Positions 12,205 through 23,158 of a DNA stretch of 64,000 nucleotides are shown piece by piece. Within the stretch, counting starts at the first letter, position 1, and every line of letters starts with the position of its first letter. The position numbers and the translations under genes were made by a program. The stretch comes from Dimorphilus gyrociliatus. Taxonomy: Eukaryota > Animalia > Annelida. The notes below the pieces were generated by a model. The model was not told where the DNA came from, did no database searches, and saw nothing but the letters and a program-made list of their open reading frames with translations. The stretch covers positions 2,396,088 to 2,460,087 of the forward strand of contig CAJFCJ010000005.1 of assembly GCA_904063045.1 (NCBI GenBank), in the 5' to 3' direction.

Positions 12205-13010
12205 TATGTATATGGGCGAATAGATTGGTATCGTCCTCTAACCGTTGATTTGTTATTTTGTAATTTCACTGGATCGCATTTAAAGGGTAGAGGGAAAGTC
12301 TAATAATCAATAGAAGGTTGAGTGTAACTTACGAGTATGTCACATGTTACATTAGTATAGGACCGCGATGGTCTGTGCATTAACCACTAAGCAGATCGAG
12401 ATTGGTTGATGGTAATGCCTTCTCAGTATAGTTCCGGTTGATATAGATAGCTGGTTGATCTTTTATCTCTGGTAAGAAATCAACTACATAGGCCAATATA
12501 TCATAGTGATGGTCTTGGTGAGGAAAGATGATTTCCACTCTTTACGATATATAATTGGTTGAAACACGTTATTTGGGTACGATAAGTTGGTTTGACACTG
12601 TTTATTAGGATCTGGTTTGTAGGAGGAATTGCCGGCTTTATAAGCGATATTGATGCTCCAATATGGATCAATGCAACGATCTTATGAGTTGAGGATGTGC
12701 CTGTGGCCAGGACTTGTACTTTGGTCTCACAGATGGGCATTCTGTAATTATAATGATCGGAGTGATTGATATTAACAGGAAAGGTTGTTTTAGGAGACGT
12801 TGGGTTCTTGTGATGGAAAGATGTAAAGTTGATTGCATTTATGGCCACGGGACTAAGAAGGACAGTTGTCATTAGTATGACCACTTCGTAAGAAATTGAT
12901 GCATCTGTGAAGAAGCTGAACGAATCTTCTGTATTTGTATTTGTTGGTAAATTGGAGTGTTTAATTCTGCTTTCATTTCGTGGTTCTGGGTAGTCATTCA
13001 TTCTTCCATA
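12205..13010 (-). mobile_element. Degenerate retroelement aspartic-protease remnant
   Basis: KIVALIHIGASISLIK at 12651-12671 is two single-base changes from the retropepsin motif LIDTGAS. The downstream frame ILAYVVDFLP...NLDLLSG* resembles Pao protease-region sequence. Confidence 0.5.
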
Positions 13011-13270
13011 TATGTATATATATATATACAGTGTACACACTATATATTTGTAACTTTTCAACTCTCTTACTGTGGAATATAATTGTTTTTTTATCTAACA
13101 ACAAAAGATATGAGACGAATTAAGATTTATATCTTTAAAACTATTTACTTAAAATAGACACATAAAGCTGTTCAAAAAAACATAAAAATATATACAGTAT
13201 AATACCGTTTGTTATGTTCAAATTGAACATTCCTAAAAGATTATCAATTATCATTGTAAAGAGAAAAGCA

Positions 13271-14500
13271 TTATATTATTGGATAATATTGAATTGTAAC
13301 TTTTATCGTATCACCACGATTTGATAAACAGAATATTAATTCTTCATTTGTTATTTTATATTCTCTAAGTGTTTTTCCATTGAATATTTTATCTTCTTCT
13401 ATTGCATCTGCCAATTTCGACTCGGAATTTATCAAATAAATGAATCCATCGTCGGTGAAAATCTTTATACCTTTGTTAATCTTTTGTATTATATCTTCGT
13501 AGAGAGAAAATTTACTCTTCTTTACGTATTTTATATCAAAATCGTAATGAAGCTGTTCGTTGAAATCAAAATATCTTGCTTTAAAAGCTGATGCCATGCA
13601 CCAACCGTCCATAAAGACTTTGTGAGAGTGCATTGTTCCTTGAGTTTCAATAGATGTTAGCATAGATGACGATATCTCAAAACGGTATATTACAGATGAA
13701 CTATGACTGCTAATAAAAACATAGCCTTTAAAAACTGCAAACATTACTGTTGATGGTATCAGTTCTAATATGGGTAAGCATATTTCATTTGATTCGTTAT
13801 TTTCCAAATTGTGAATATAGCAGTAGAATCTATCGTTTAAATGTTTAAGATAAGCTAAATTACCATCAGAAGTTGTAGATATATCTAGAATATCTCTATT
13901 CTCTGAAACCAACGAAATTTGTGTCTCTAAATTGATAATTTCATTACAGCGATTAAGTGCAATAAAACCTTTATTAGTAAGGATAACCTTACTAGGTTGC
14001 TCTTTCAATCTTATTGAATGTTCTTTAATAGGTTTCTCGTAAGCGGTTTCAATGATATCTCCAATATTTTTATCAATAGTTAGTAGAGATTTTTCAAAAA
14101 TTGTATACTTTTTAAAGAATAATTTCGTCGAATAGAGGAATTCTTTAGTTAAATTTAATAAATTCCTTTGAATTATAGCGTTTGTTGAACTTATTTGTAA
14201 TTCGTGCAAAAGTTTTGTATCAGATATTGCTTGTTGTAGAGTTGCTTTCTTCTCGGCATAGAATTCATTAATCTCATTTGTAATAGACATTTTCTGTTTA
14301 AGAATAAAAGTAATTAGGTTCATTATGAATTGATCCATTTTTTTCTTATCAATTTCTCGATTTTTATCAATTTCATTTAATTCATGTTCAACTGTTGAAC
14401 GCAGTGATTGCAATGAAACAACCAAAGAATCTTCTTTCTCATCTGAAGATGGTAAGCTGTTGCATTCATTTTCTAAATTTTCTGTCATATGTTTATCCAT
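13271..14500 (-). CDS. RING-less TRIM-NHL-like protein
   Basis: Intact 409 aa ORF with ILDISTTSDGNLAYL (NHL-like blade) and the family C-terminal signature. Confidence 0.85.
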   Translation of the reverse strand: MDKHMTENLENECNSLPSSDEKEDSLVVSLQSLRSTVEHELNEIDKNREIDKKKMDQFIMNLITFILKQKMSITNEINEFYAEKKATLQQAISDTKLLHELQISSTNAIIQRNLLNLTKEFLYSTKLFFKKYTIFEKSLLTIDKNIGDIIETAYEKPIKEHSIRLKEQPSKVILTNKGFIALNRCNEIINLETQISLVSENRDILDISTTSDGNLAYLKHLNDRFYCYIHNLENNESNEICLPILELIPSTVMFAVFKGYVFISSHSSSVIYRFEISSSMLTSIETQGTMHSHKVFMDGWCMASAFKARYFDFNEQLHYDFDIKYVKKSKFSLYEDIIQKINKGIKIFTDDGFIYLINSESKLADAIEEDKIFNGKTLREYKITNEELIFCLSNRGDTIKVTIQYYPII

Positions 14501-14718
14501 TATAGATAGCCTATTATAATAAAAATATATATCACATGGAATGTCCCTCTTATATCCCGAATATCGCTACGAAATAACAACACAAAAGATTGGTTTTTTA
14601 TTTTTTTAATTAGGGCACAAATTGTATTCCACAATAATTAAGTTCAGTGTCCAATAAATATTATTTACATTAGGTTCTTAGCCTTTAAAAATGACTTCAT
14701 GATTAAAATATATTAATT

Positions 14719-15981
14719 TTATATATGGGAATTAGGATAGTAGTGAATGCAAATATGTTTGGGATCGTTTAAATGGATTAAACACAATTTTACCTCAATA
14801 TCTGTTATATTACATTCTTTCAAAGTGAATCCCTTAATTAACTTATCTTGTTCAATTAAGGTTGCTGTCCATGTTTGTTCATCAATTATGAAAATGTTAT
14901 GATTAGTGCAAAATATTTCCCTACCTTCGTTGAGTTTATGTATAATGGAATCGTATAACGAATAGTTATGCGATTCGTTTTCTCTTATATTGAATTGATG
15001 GTAAAAGCCATCAATAGAGTTAAAGATAGCAATTTGAGACGAACCTCCAACGCATAAACCATTGGTAAACGACTTGTTATCGAATATCTCTGATTTATTT
15101 TCTAAATCAATCATTCTCGATGAAGTTATATCGTAAAAGTAAACTTTCTCTCCTTTCTGACTTCCTATTATAATGCTATGTTTAAAAACTGCGAACATGA
15201 CTGTTGAAGAGTCAATATTGCATTTTGGTAAAATCGTATCACTAGATTCATGAATGTCAAGATTCACTATTGTGCATATAAATCTATCTTTATCGAAATG
15301 AAGATACGCTAAATTGTTATCATAAGTTCTACAAATATCCAATATCTTCTTTGCTGTTGAAATTAAACGTTTTCCACTTTCCAATTCAATAATTCTATAA
15401 TCAGTTTCCAAAACTATAAATCCTTTCCTTGATGTGATAATCTTTTTTGGTGAATTATCAAATTTAATTGACAACTCCTTAATTGGAATCTCGTAAAGTG
15501 GTTTAATCAACTTTCCAATTTCTCCACTTAAACATTGATCTTTTCGATCGAAATGAATAGTTTTTTCCAATAGATTATTAGTAGAATAGATAAAATCTTT
15601 CGTAAGCTTTTGTAAAGATTTTGGATTAATGAAATTTGTTGAATTTTGTTGTAATTTCTCCAAACGATTAATATCTTCTAATGCTTTAGCAAGATTAACT
15701 TTCTTATCTGTATAAAAGTTATCAATTTGCTCCATAATAGATTCTCGTTTCTTTTTAATACTAGTAATTAATTCAGTGATTGAATTATTGACAATTTTCT
15801 GTTGTTCTTCTCTTTGATAATCAACTTTATCAATTTCCTGTTCAATTGTTGCGTCAAAACTTTGTACTTCCGCTTTCAAAATATTAATTTCATTTTTAAG
15901 GAGAAGTTTTTGATTTTTAGGTGAAATATTAGAGTAAGAATCTTGATTTTCTTCCAACGTATTTTCATTCAATTTATTCAT
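14719..15981 (-). CDS. RING-less TRIM-NHL-like protein
   Basis: Intact 420 aa ORF with ILDICRTYDNNLAYL, MFAVFKHSIII and SLYDSIIHKLNEG. Confidence 0.85.
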   Translation of the reverse strand: MNKLNENTLEENQDSYSNISPKNQKLLLKNEINILKAEVQSFDATIEQEIDKVDYQREEQQKIVNNSITELITSIKKKRESIMEQIDNFYTDKKVNLAKALEDINRLEKLQQNSTNFINPKSLQKLTKDFIYSTNNLLEKTIHFDRKDQCLSGEIGKLIKPLYEIPIKELSIKFDNSPKKIITSRKGFIVLETDYRIIELESGKRLISTAKKILDICRTYDNNLAYLHFDKDRFICTIVNLDIHESSDTILPKCNIDSSTVMFAVFKHSIIIGSQKGEKVYFYDITSSRMIDLENKSEIFDNKSFTNGLCVGGSSQIAIFNSIDGFYHQFNIRENESHNYSLYDSIIHKLNEGREIFCTNHNIFIIDEQTWTATLIEQDKLIKGFTLKECNITDIEVKLCLIHLNDPKHICIHYYPNSHI

Positions 15982-16354
15982 TTTCTTCTTGAAATAAAAC
16001 TCAAAATTCCAACTTGAACAAAATCTGCAAAATATGAATTAAAAGATTATTCAGTTAACAATAGTTTAATAAATCTAAGACAATTTCTATATCAATACTT
16101 AAATTGAGGCTAAAATCGAATGTGATTCTTTTAAATTAATTAAATTTTCTCCAGTGTCCATAATACTATTCAAGAATATTATCTTATTTTTTGTTTGTAA
16201 GCTATTATATAGCAGTATTAAATGTATTTGAATTACAAATTGTCAATTAATATGATAATAAGTTTTATTGAAAAAAAAATATATCAAAGGAAAGTATTTG
16301 AACATTAATAAATAACATAATGAGAATAGGCTTTCTATAATTACGTTCCCTATT

Positions 16355-17638
16355 TCACATTGTTAGATTTGGATAGAATTCTAAAGTGATCATTTTCGAA
16401 TCGTTCCTATCCGATAAACAAAATACAATCTCATTTTCCGTTATTCGATAATCTAATAAATTTTTCCCTTTAAATATTCTATCTTGTTCAATCGAATTTG
16501 CAGTTTCATTTCTTTGATTAATAATTACTAATTCATTACTTTTCGATAGTAATTTTTGATTTTCAATCAACTTATTTATAATATCTCCGTAGAGTGAAAG
16601 ATCATCTTTCGGATATGATTTTATATTGATGATTAAACGTTGCGTTCTATCAACATTGAAATATTCAACCTTAGTTTCATTGGCAGTGAATATACCGTCG
16701 AAGAATGTTTTATGATAGTAATTATCCTTTTCTATATCTATTTCATTCTTAAAGTTGGTCTCGTTCAGATACGGTTTTTCAAAATAGTAAGCAGTTTTAC
16801 TACGTAAGCTCCTTAACATAATACAATCTTTGAATACTCCGTATACAATAGATTGTGCATCAATTTCTCGTTTATTAATAAAGTATTCGCATTGTCCGTA
16901 ATTATCATACTCTAATAGCTTTACGTAGAAAATACCATCGTTTATTGCAAGATACGATAGGCGACCCTCGTATGTTGCACACATATCCAATATCTTCCTA
17001 TCCTCATTTACAACGATAGCTTTATTCTGTAGATCGTATATTATAAAATCATTTTGTAATATAAAAAATGAATCTTTAGTAGAGATTATCTTTCTGGGTT
17101 TTGCTCTAAGCTCTGCAAAATACCTTCTAACAGGTTTCTCATAAATAGGTCTTACTAAATGTCCTATATCTTTCTCAACAAAAAGGTTAGAACCTTCGAA
17201 GACTGTCTCCCTTCGGAGGAGGTTCTCGGTTGAGTATAAAAATTCGCTAATCATTTTAGTGAGATTACGTTGAATAATTTCGTTGGATGAAGTTTCGTAT
17301 AATGAATTTAATTGTTTAGCTTCTGAAAGAGCTTTTTCAAGTTGTGCCTTTTTATCTGTATAGAATAGATCTATTCTACTATCGATATCTATCTTTTTAC
17401 TATGAATTGAGTCGATTAAACTGTTAACGTCTGTGATAAATTCGTTACGCTTCTTCTCTTTTTCCGTATCTACTTTCTCAATCTCTTCTCTTATTCTGTT
17501 CAGTAATAACTGCAATTTATTTTCGGGTATATCGTGCTCATCCGATGATGATATATATGCCTCTGATGTATAATTTTCAGCTGACATAATCGACCCACTA
17601 TCGTCGCTATCTACGGGTATTGTATCCAAAGTGTCCAT
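16355..17638 (-). CDS. RING-less TRIM-NHL-like protein
   Basis: Intact 427 aa ORF with an acidic N-terminus, coiled coil and RIFKGKNLLDYRITENEIVFCL. Confidence 0.85.
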   Translation of the reverse strand: MDTLDTIPVDSDDSGSIMSAENYTSEAYISSSDEHDIPENKLQLLLNRIREEIEKVDTEKEKKRNEFITDVNSLIDSIHSKKIDIDSRIDLFYTDKKAQLEKALSEAKQLNSLYETSSNEIIQRNLTKMISEFLYSTENLLRRETVFEGSNLFVEKDIGHLVRPIYEKPVRRYFAELRAKPRKIISTKDSFFILQNDFIIYDLQNKAIVVNEDRKILDMCATYEGRLSYLAINDGIFYVKLLEYDNYGQCEYFINKREIDAQSIVYGVFKDCIMLRSLRSKTAYYFEKPYLNETNFKNEIDIEKDNYYHKTFFDGIFTANETKVEYFNVDRTQRLIINIKSYPKDDLSLYGDIINKLIENQKLLSKSNELVIINQRNETANSIEQDRIFKGKNLLDYRITENEIVFCLSDRNDSKMITLEFYPNLTM

Positions 17639-18124
17639 CCTTTTTCTAAATAAGCCAGACCAGTAACGATGATTATTTCTACTTCGGTAAGGTTGTAACT
17701 TGGATGGAATACGTTTGAATAGTATTCAGTTGAAAGTACTCAAACATATTCTGAACGTCTTTAATACTCTTTTAAAATCAAACCAATAGTGATAATTTCT
17801 TTAATATATTGTTAACCTAGTGACCTATTTTGATTTATAATAATTTTTATTATATTTGTTTCAAAGAGACATTTTCTTTAGTTACTTTTCAAAGTAAAAT
17901 TTTTATTTTTATTCAAAGTTTCCCTACATACAAAAATAATCGATGGCATACATTTTATTCAGGTTCTGTTGAGCCCCATCCTGTTTAATGGACTCTGTCC
18001 AATGGATGTCTCATACACGGTATCCAATCCTCTTGTTTCTGTTGGTTCGATACAGCTATCTGCCGTTTTAGGATTTGGTATGCAAGCCTTCGCTTACGAT
18101 GAGGGAGTCACAAATGTTTTGCAA

Positions 18125-18572
18125 TTAAAACTGAAGCATTTGACCCTTTGACTTCTTTTCTCCTCCAAGTTCGAAATGTTTGCATCTTTTAATTGCCAAT
18201 TGTTTCTTTCTATGACAAACTGTACACTCCATTTTCAAGACAATCTTTTTAGTCGTTTTTGCCTTTTTAAAAGTATGTTTGAATAGAATTAGAAAGAGGG
18301 GAAGAGAGCGAAAGAAGAAAGTACTATTACCTTTTTATGGAAGATTGGTCTAGTTTGTCCTCCATAACCTTCTTGTTTTATGTGATATCTTCTATCACCT
18401 TATTTTTTCAAAAGAGAAGCATTTTAAAATTCTAATAACAGCAATAAAATACTATACCTAAAGCTAAACCATTAGCTTTTCCCTTCTTATACTGAGTCAC
18501 TTTATGCAGAGTATGCTTTCGGCATTTACGACCTTTGCAAAAGGTGTTTCTTGATTTTGGAATATTCACCAT
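18125..18572 (-). CDS. RPL36A: 60S ribosomal protein L36a (eL42/L44), 3 coding exons
   Basis: Exons 18572-18458, 18398-18331 and 18262-18125 splice to 106 aa: [32 protein letters not shown]...[29 protein letters not shown]...[21 protein letters not shown]. Confidence 0.97.
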
Positions 18573-18975
18573 GGCTTCAAAGAACAGAGTGAAAGAATTA
18601 GTTAATTCTATAACATATAATACTAACTTGTACATAACTTATGGACTTGTTGTGCAATATCTGCTTGGATGAGTCATACAAAATGAAAAGTATCCATTAA
18701 ACAATGACTGAGAGTGTTATCTTTGTTTTTCACTATATTTAGAAAAATAGTTTTTGACGATGATTTTAAATAATTATCATATATGAATATGTAAAAATGT
18801 GATATTATGACGTCTTAATAGACTAATTCTTCTACGAGCATTGGTGGTGTAGCGGTAGCATTGGTGCCTTCCAAGCACTAGACCCGGGTTCAACTCCCGG
18901 CCAATGCATTGTGAATTTTTTTGTCTTTTTTCTAAATCAATAAAAGATTGCAGTAGCTTTTATTTGGTTGTCTTT
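18545..18975. repeat. Duplicated block copy A: RPL36A start, 5'UTR intron, promoter and tRNA-Gly
   Basis: Colinear homology with 22490-22915 (TTCACCATGGCTTCAA, CTTATGGACTTGT, TGAGTCATACAAA, tRNA, AAGATTGCAGTAGC). Confidence 0.9.
18838..18908 (+). tRNA. tRNA-Gly(TCC) copy 1
   Basis: Cloverleaf GCATTGG..GGTGC-CTTCCAA-GCACT..CCGGG-TTCAACT-CCCGG-CCAATGC-A followed by an oligo-T terminator. Confidence 0.95.
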
Positions 18976-19013
18976 AATACAAGATTTAATAATTAAAAAT
19001 ATTATAGTAAAAT

Positions 19014-20228
19014 CTAAACAGCAAAAGATTTAAGACGAATTAAACATTCATCTTTGCAGTCGACAAGGCAAAATGTTACTTCATTACCATTCGTCGAACA
19101 ATCAAATAATTTACCATCGGTGAATACTTTATCCATTTCAATAAGAATTCCTTCGTATTTTGTATTATCCAAAAGAATTAGATTATTATTATAAACAATT
19201 GAATAAAATCCATCTTTTATCCTATTCAATATACTTGTAAAGATAGAATCATTTATCTTATCATCTCCACTGAATATTTCTATATTATAAAGTTGCCTTT
19301 TTTCCGTTAAAGTATCAAAAGAATAAAAAGAATCGCCAACTTTTAAAAATATCTTATCATCTTTAAATTTCAATAGAAGAATTGAATCGTTAAAAGAAAT
19401 TCTTTTTACTTGATCATCTCCATTCTTGAAATTAATATACATTGAATTTTTATCAAAGATATAGATAAAATTTCCATCTATTGCGTAATTTATGAATGTA
19501 TCTATTCCAATGTTGATGTTACTAGAATACTTTAATTTAAAATCGTCGTCTAATACTGTTACAATAAATTGTTTTTCATTATTAATCGTTATGAAAGATA
19601 GTTGTTGATGAGAGGATATCGCTATATCGTAGATAGTGTTGTTTGCCTTTAATAAAGATCTATTAGTTTGTATTTCAATTATTTCATGATCATTTCGAAT
19701 TGTGAAATATCCTAAAGAATTTGAAACAATTCTCTGTGATTTCTCTCTTAATTCAAATGATCGTTCTTTCATTAATCGTTTTTCATTTCCAATTATTAAT
19801 AGTTCGCCTATTGATAGATTATCAAGATAACTAGGTCTTTCAATATTTACTTTCACTTTCATTAGTTCATTACAAGAGTTGTTTAAATTCTTTAAAAGTT
19901 TATCTAGGTCGTTTTGTAATAATTCATTTGTCGTTATACGTCTAATTTCAATTAATCTTTGAATATCATCTAATAACTGTTCCATTTTTAAACTTTTCCG
20001 TTTGTAAAACTCTCTTAATTCATCTTGAAGTATAAATTTCTTTCTATGTATTAATGTTAATAGCATTAAACTTTCACGATTAATTTGATTTAGTTCTGTA
20101 TTCGTCTCTTCGTCAATATTATCTATTTCTAGAAGAATCTTATTCGAAAGTGATTCAAATGTATCATCGATATCATCTTGGTTACTTTCGTCATCGTTAT
20201 CTTCTTTATTCATTGAATTTTGATTCAT
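19014..20228 (-). CDS. RING-less TRIM-NHL-like protein (divergent)
   Basis: Intact 404 aa ORF with IYDIAISSHQQLSFI and KVFTDGKLFDCSTNGNEVTFCL. Confidence 0.8.
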   Translation of the reverse strand: MNQNSMNKEDNDDESNQDDIDDTFESLSNKILLEIDNIDEETNTELNQINRESLMLLTLIHRKKFILQDELREFYKRKSLKMEQLLDDIQRLIEIRRITTNELLQNDLDKLLKNLNNSCNELMKVKVNIERPSYLDNLSIGELLIIGNEKRLMKERSFELREKSQRIVSNSLGYFTIRNDHEIIEIQTNRSLLKANNTIYDIAISSHQQLSFITINNEKQFIVTVLDDDFKLKYSSNINIGIDTFINYAIDGNFIYIFDKNSMYINFKNGDDQVKRISFNDSILLLKFKDDKIFLKVGDSFYSFDTLTEKRQLYNIEIFSGDDKINDSIFTSILNRIKDGFYSIVYNNNLILLDNTKYEGILIEMDKVFTDGKLFDCSTNGNEVTFCLVDCKDECLIRLKSFAV

Positions 20229-20870
20229 TTAATGGAAAATAATTCCTTTTTTCTTGTCTATATTGCTATCGATATAAAATTGTATTTGGCCTATTTTTGT
20301 CTTAAGTTCAATTATGATTATCTATATTTATAATATTGGATTATCGAATAGCATATAATATCTTCTACGTTATCAAGTATATACAATATACATGAAAATA
20401 TTACTTAAACTAAGTTTTAATGTTATAAATCAATGGATGACGCAGTCTTCGGTTCACCAAAGCTCTTACTGCTACTATCAATTCTGCTCGAGAGATCACT
20501 GCAGATAAAGTATTTACCCTTCTGTTTAGGATCCTCATAGAGGAATCCAGAATCAGATTCATCCGAAGTATCAACGCGGATGCTCATGAACATGGACTTA
20601 GTGTTCGCTAATATGAAGTAATTACCCTACTGTCGGAAGTCAACATTGAATATTTTGAGAAATGTCATATTTCAAAACCGCCGGACTGTCGCAAACTCTA
20701 CGACGCGAATAATGATAAGGACGAAAATAGCAGATCTAAGATATCTATGCCCAGATAATCATCTATGTTTGGCATTATTGTATAAATTAATAATAGTAGA
20801 TAATAAACATAAAGGTTTAGTCGTATTTTTTAGGGAAATCTACAATATATTAGTACACTGTATATATTGT

Positions 20871-22438
20871 CTATTCAGGTTGTTGTTTGTCAATAGAGAA
20901 TTGAACGTATTCATTTTCCCACCAACTTTTCTTGAATTTTCTCAATAATAGGCATGTAACATAGAATATGCTACAGAAAAAGTAAGATCCGCATCCAAGG
21001 TAGAATAGCGAATGAAAAGAATGAGTTAAATCGAAGAGGGCACCTGTAAAGAAACAAAAGGAAGAGACAGGTTAATGTGGAACGTATGTTTTAGGGGAAA
21101 AAGACAAAACCTGCAAGAGTTGGTCCGATAAAGGAACCAATGCCCATAGATATTCTGAAAATCGAGAATGTTTCCGACAGATGTCTTCCATCGTGAAGTT
21201 CTATTGATGCTGATATTTGGGCTGCCATTATTGGACCATCAAATAGACCAAGAGCTATTAAATTACAACCATTAGTTTGTTTATATCGTGCTAGTTGTAT
21301 AGCTTACCAATAATGTAAATGAGAACAGTCGGAAAATTATATGTGAATATAGCAAAGCAGTTTGTCAATGACAACAGTAAACTGGCGACTGTGTACGAAA
21401 AGATTAAATGTCCTTTAAGGTTATCTCCAAAGAGGGAAAAAATTAAACGACTAAGTCCCTCGCAAATACCCATAACAGACATTCCAATACTAGCTTTTTC
21501 CGGTGAAACTCCCAAGCTTGTCATGTAGTGAACCTATTCAAGTTATTAACAATACTATTCATAAAGCGACAAAAAACTATGCTTTATAACAAACCAGAAA
21601 CATAATGGAACCTGAGTATCCAACACTGCGAAGGCATGTTGCAAAAAACCAACACATTCCGACAATTATTCTTGTCTTTTTTTTTAATTGCCCTTCTTCA
21701 GCCGGTCGAATAAGAGGAATTGTTTCGTCTCTCTCACCCGCCTTATCTTCCAACTGGTCAGGATCCACAACCCCCAGAGAGAACGGAAAGCAAAGAAGGA
21801 ATAGAATTAAACCGTGTATACCGAATGTCTTCTGCCACCCGAAATTACGAATAAGAATTTCTAATACTGGATTTAGAATAAAAGTACCCAAAGGATATCC
21901 GCAAGTTAATAAACTATTAATAAGTACGTGTCTTGGATGGCTAAATGGATAAAAGCGATTAACTGTAAAATATAATGGATTGATCATTAAACAGCTAGCC
22001 GGACCAAACAGAATTCCGAAAAATACCAAAACAGACCAAAAATTCGCATAAACCCCAGTTAAAGCAAGAACTAATGGTCCAAAAAAGGATCCTAACATTA
22101 GGCATTTTCTAGTTCCTACTTTGTCAGCAACAAAATTGGCAAATGGAGCGCATATATAAACCAGAGCTAGGGCACCAGACGCAATTAACCCTACAAATTG
22201 AATAGTTTTTGAATGATTAGAATTATATTAACTATAGATTTTGAACAAATAAATAAAAAGAATCACCTAAATAGGCTTCTTGGTTAGAAATGCTTCCTTT
22301 TAAAGGTGCAATATATTCACCAAAAGTAAAGAATGATCCGCAACTTGCCGAATAAATAACAATACAAAAGAAACAGACAAAAGGTCCACGGAAACTCCTA
22401 GTGTTCCATTTTTTCATAAAGCTATTAAAGAAACCCAT
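20871..22438 (-). CDS. Monocarboxylate transporter (SLC16/MCT, MFS), 5 exons, 436 aa
   Basis: Exons 22438-22267, 22190-21595, 21533-21308, 21254-21111 and 21043-20871 total 1311 nt in frame with GT-AG introns. MFS motifs APFANFVADKVGTRKC, GYPLGTFILNP, NFGWQKTF and GSFIGPTLAGALFDLTHSF. Confidence 0.9.
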
Positions 22439-22489
22439 CTCCGTCGTTTGTAAGTTACTTTTTAAGAGTTTGAAAGTTTCTTCAAAAAG

Positions 22490-22915
22490 GCTTTTTTTGA
22501 TTTAGGAGTGTTCACCATGGCTTCAATGAACAGAGTGAGAAAACCAAACAATTCTTTAAGACATAATACCAACTTATATGTAGCTTATGGACTTGTGCAA
22601 TAACTGATTGGCTGAGTCATACAAAGTGGAGACTATCTATTGGACAAGGATTGCTTTGCTTTATATATAGAATAGTAATTACTCAGACGTTAAAATTTTG
22701 GAGACGTTTAGGTGAAGATAATGAACAATTGCTACATGTGAATATCTATGACATCTTAATAGACCTATTCCTTTACGAGCATTGGTGGTGTAGCGGTAGC
22801 ATTGGTGCCTTCCAAGCACTAGACCCGGGTTCAACTCCCGGCCAATGCATTGTGACATTTTTGTCTTTTTCCTAAATAAATAGAAGATTGCAGTAGCAAT
22901 TATTTGATTGTTGAA
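22490..22915. repeat. Duplicated block copy B: RPL36A-derived promoter/5' end upstream of the MCT gene
   Basis: Homologous to 18545-18975. Retains the ATG (MVNTPKSKKAF vs [11 protein letters not shown]) and a 53-nt GT-AG intron (22573-22521). Confidence 0.9.
22779..22849 (+). tRNA. tRNA-Gly(TCC) copy 2
   Basis: Identical to copy 1. Confidence 0.95.
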
Positions 22916-23158
22916 AGTATCGTATCAAAGGTTTTGGGATTGTTTAGGAATGAATGAAAAAACTCTTCATCGGAAGGAGGTTAATGAATTCTTTGACTTT
23001 GGTTTTCTATTGTTCTATTGTTAAAAACGGGGAAATTACAATAGTCTTTGTACTTCTTGCGAAATAGTTTCCTGAAAGTTCAAACTATTCGAAAGATACT
23101 ATTTTCCCAAAATATTACAGTAAAAGAGAAAAACTGCATTTTATTAATAACGATACAA

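Noticed and set aside
17960-18010. Hairpin in the RPL36A 3'UTR as a possible SECIS or snoRNA
   Set aside because: No AA apical motif or GA quartet geometry, no in-frame UGA in RPL36A, and no C/D or H/ACA boxes recognised.
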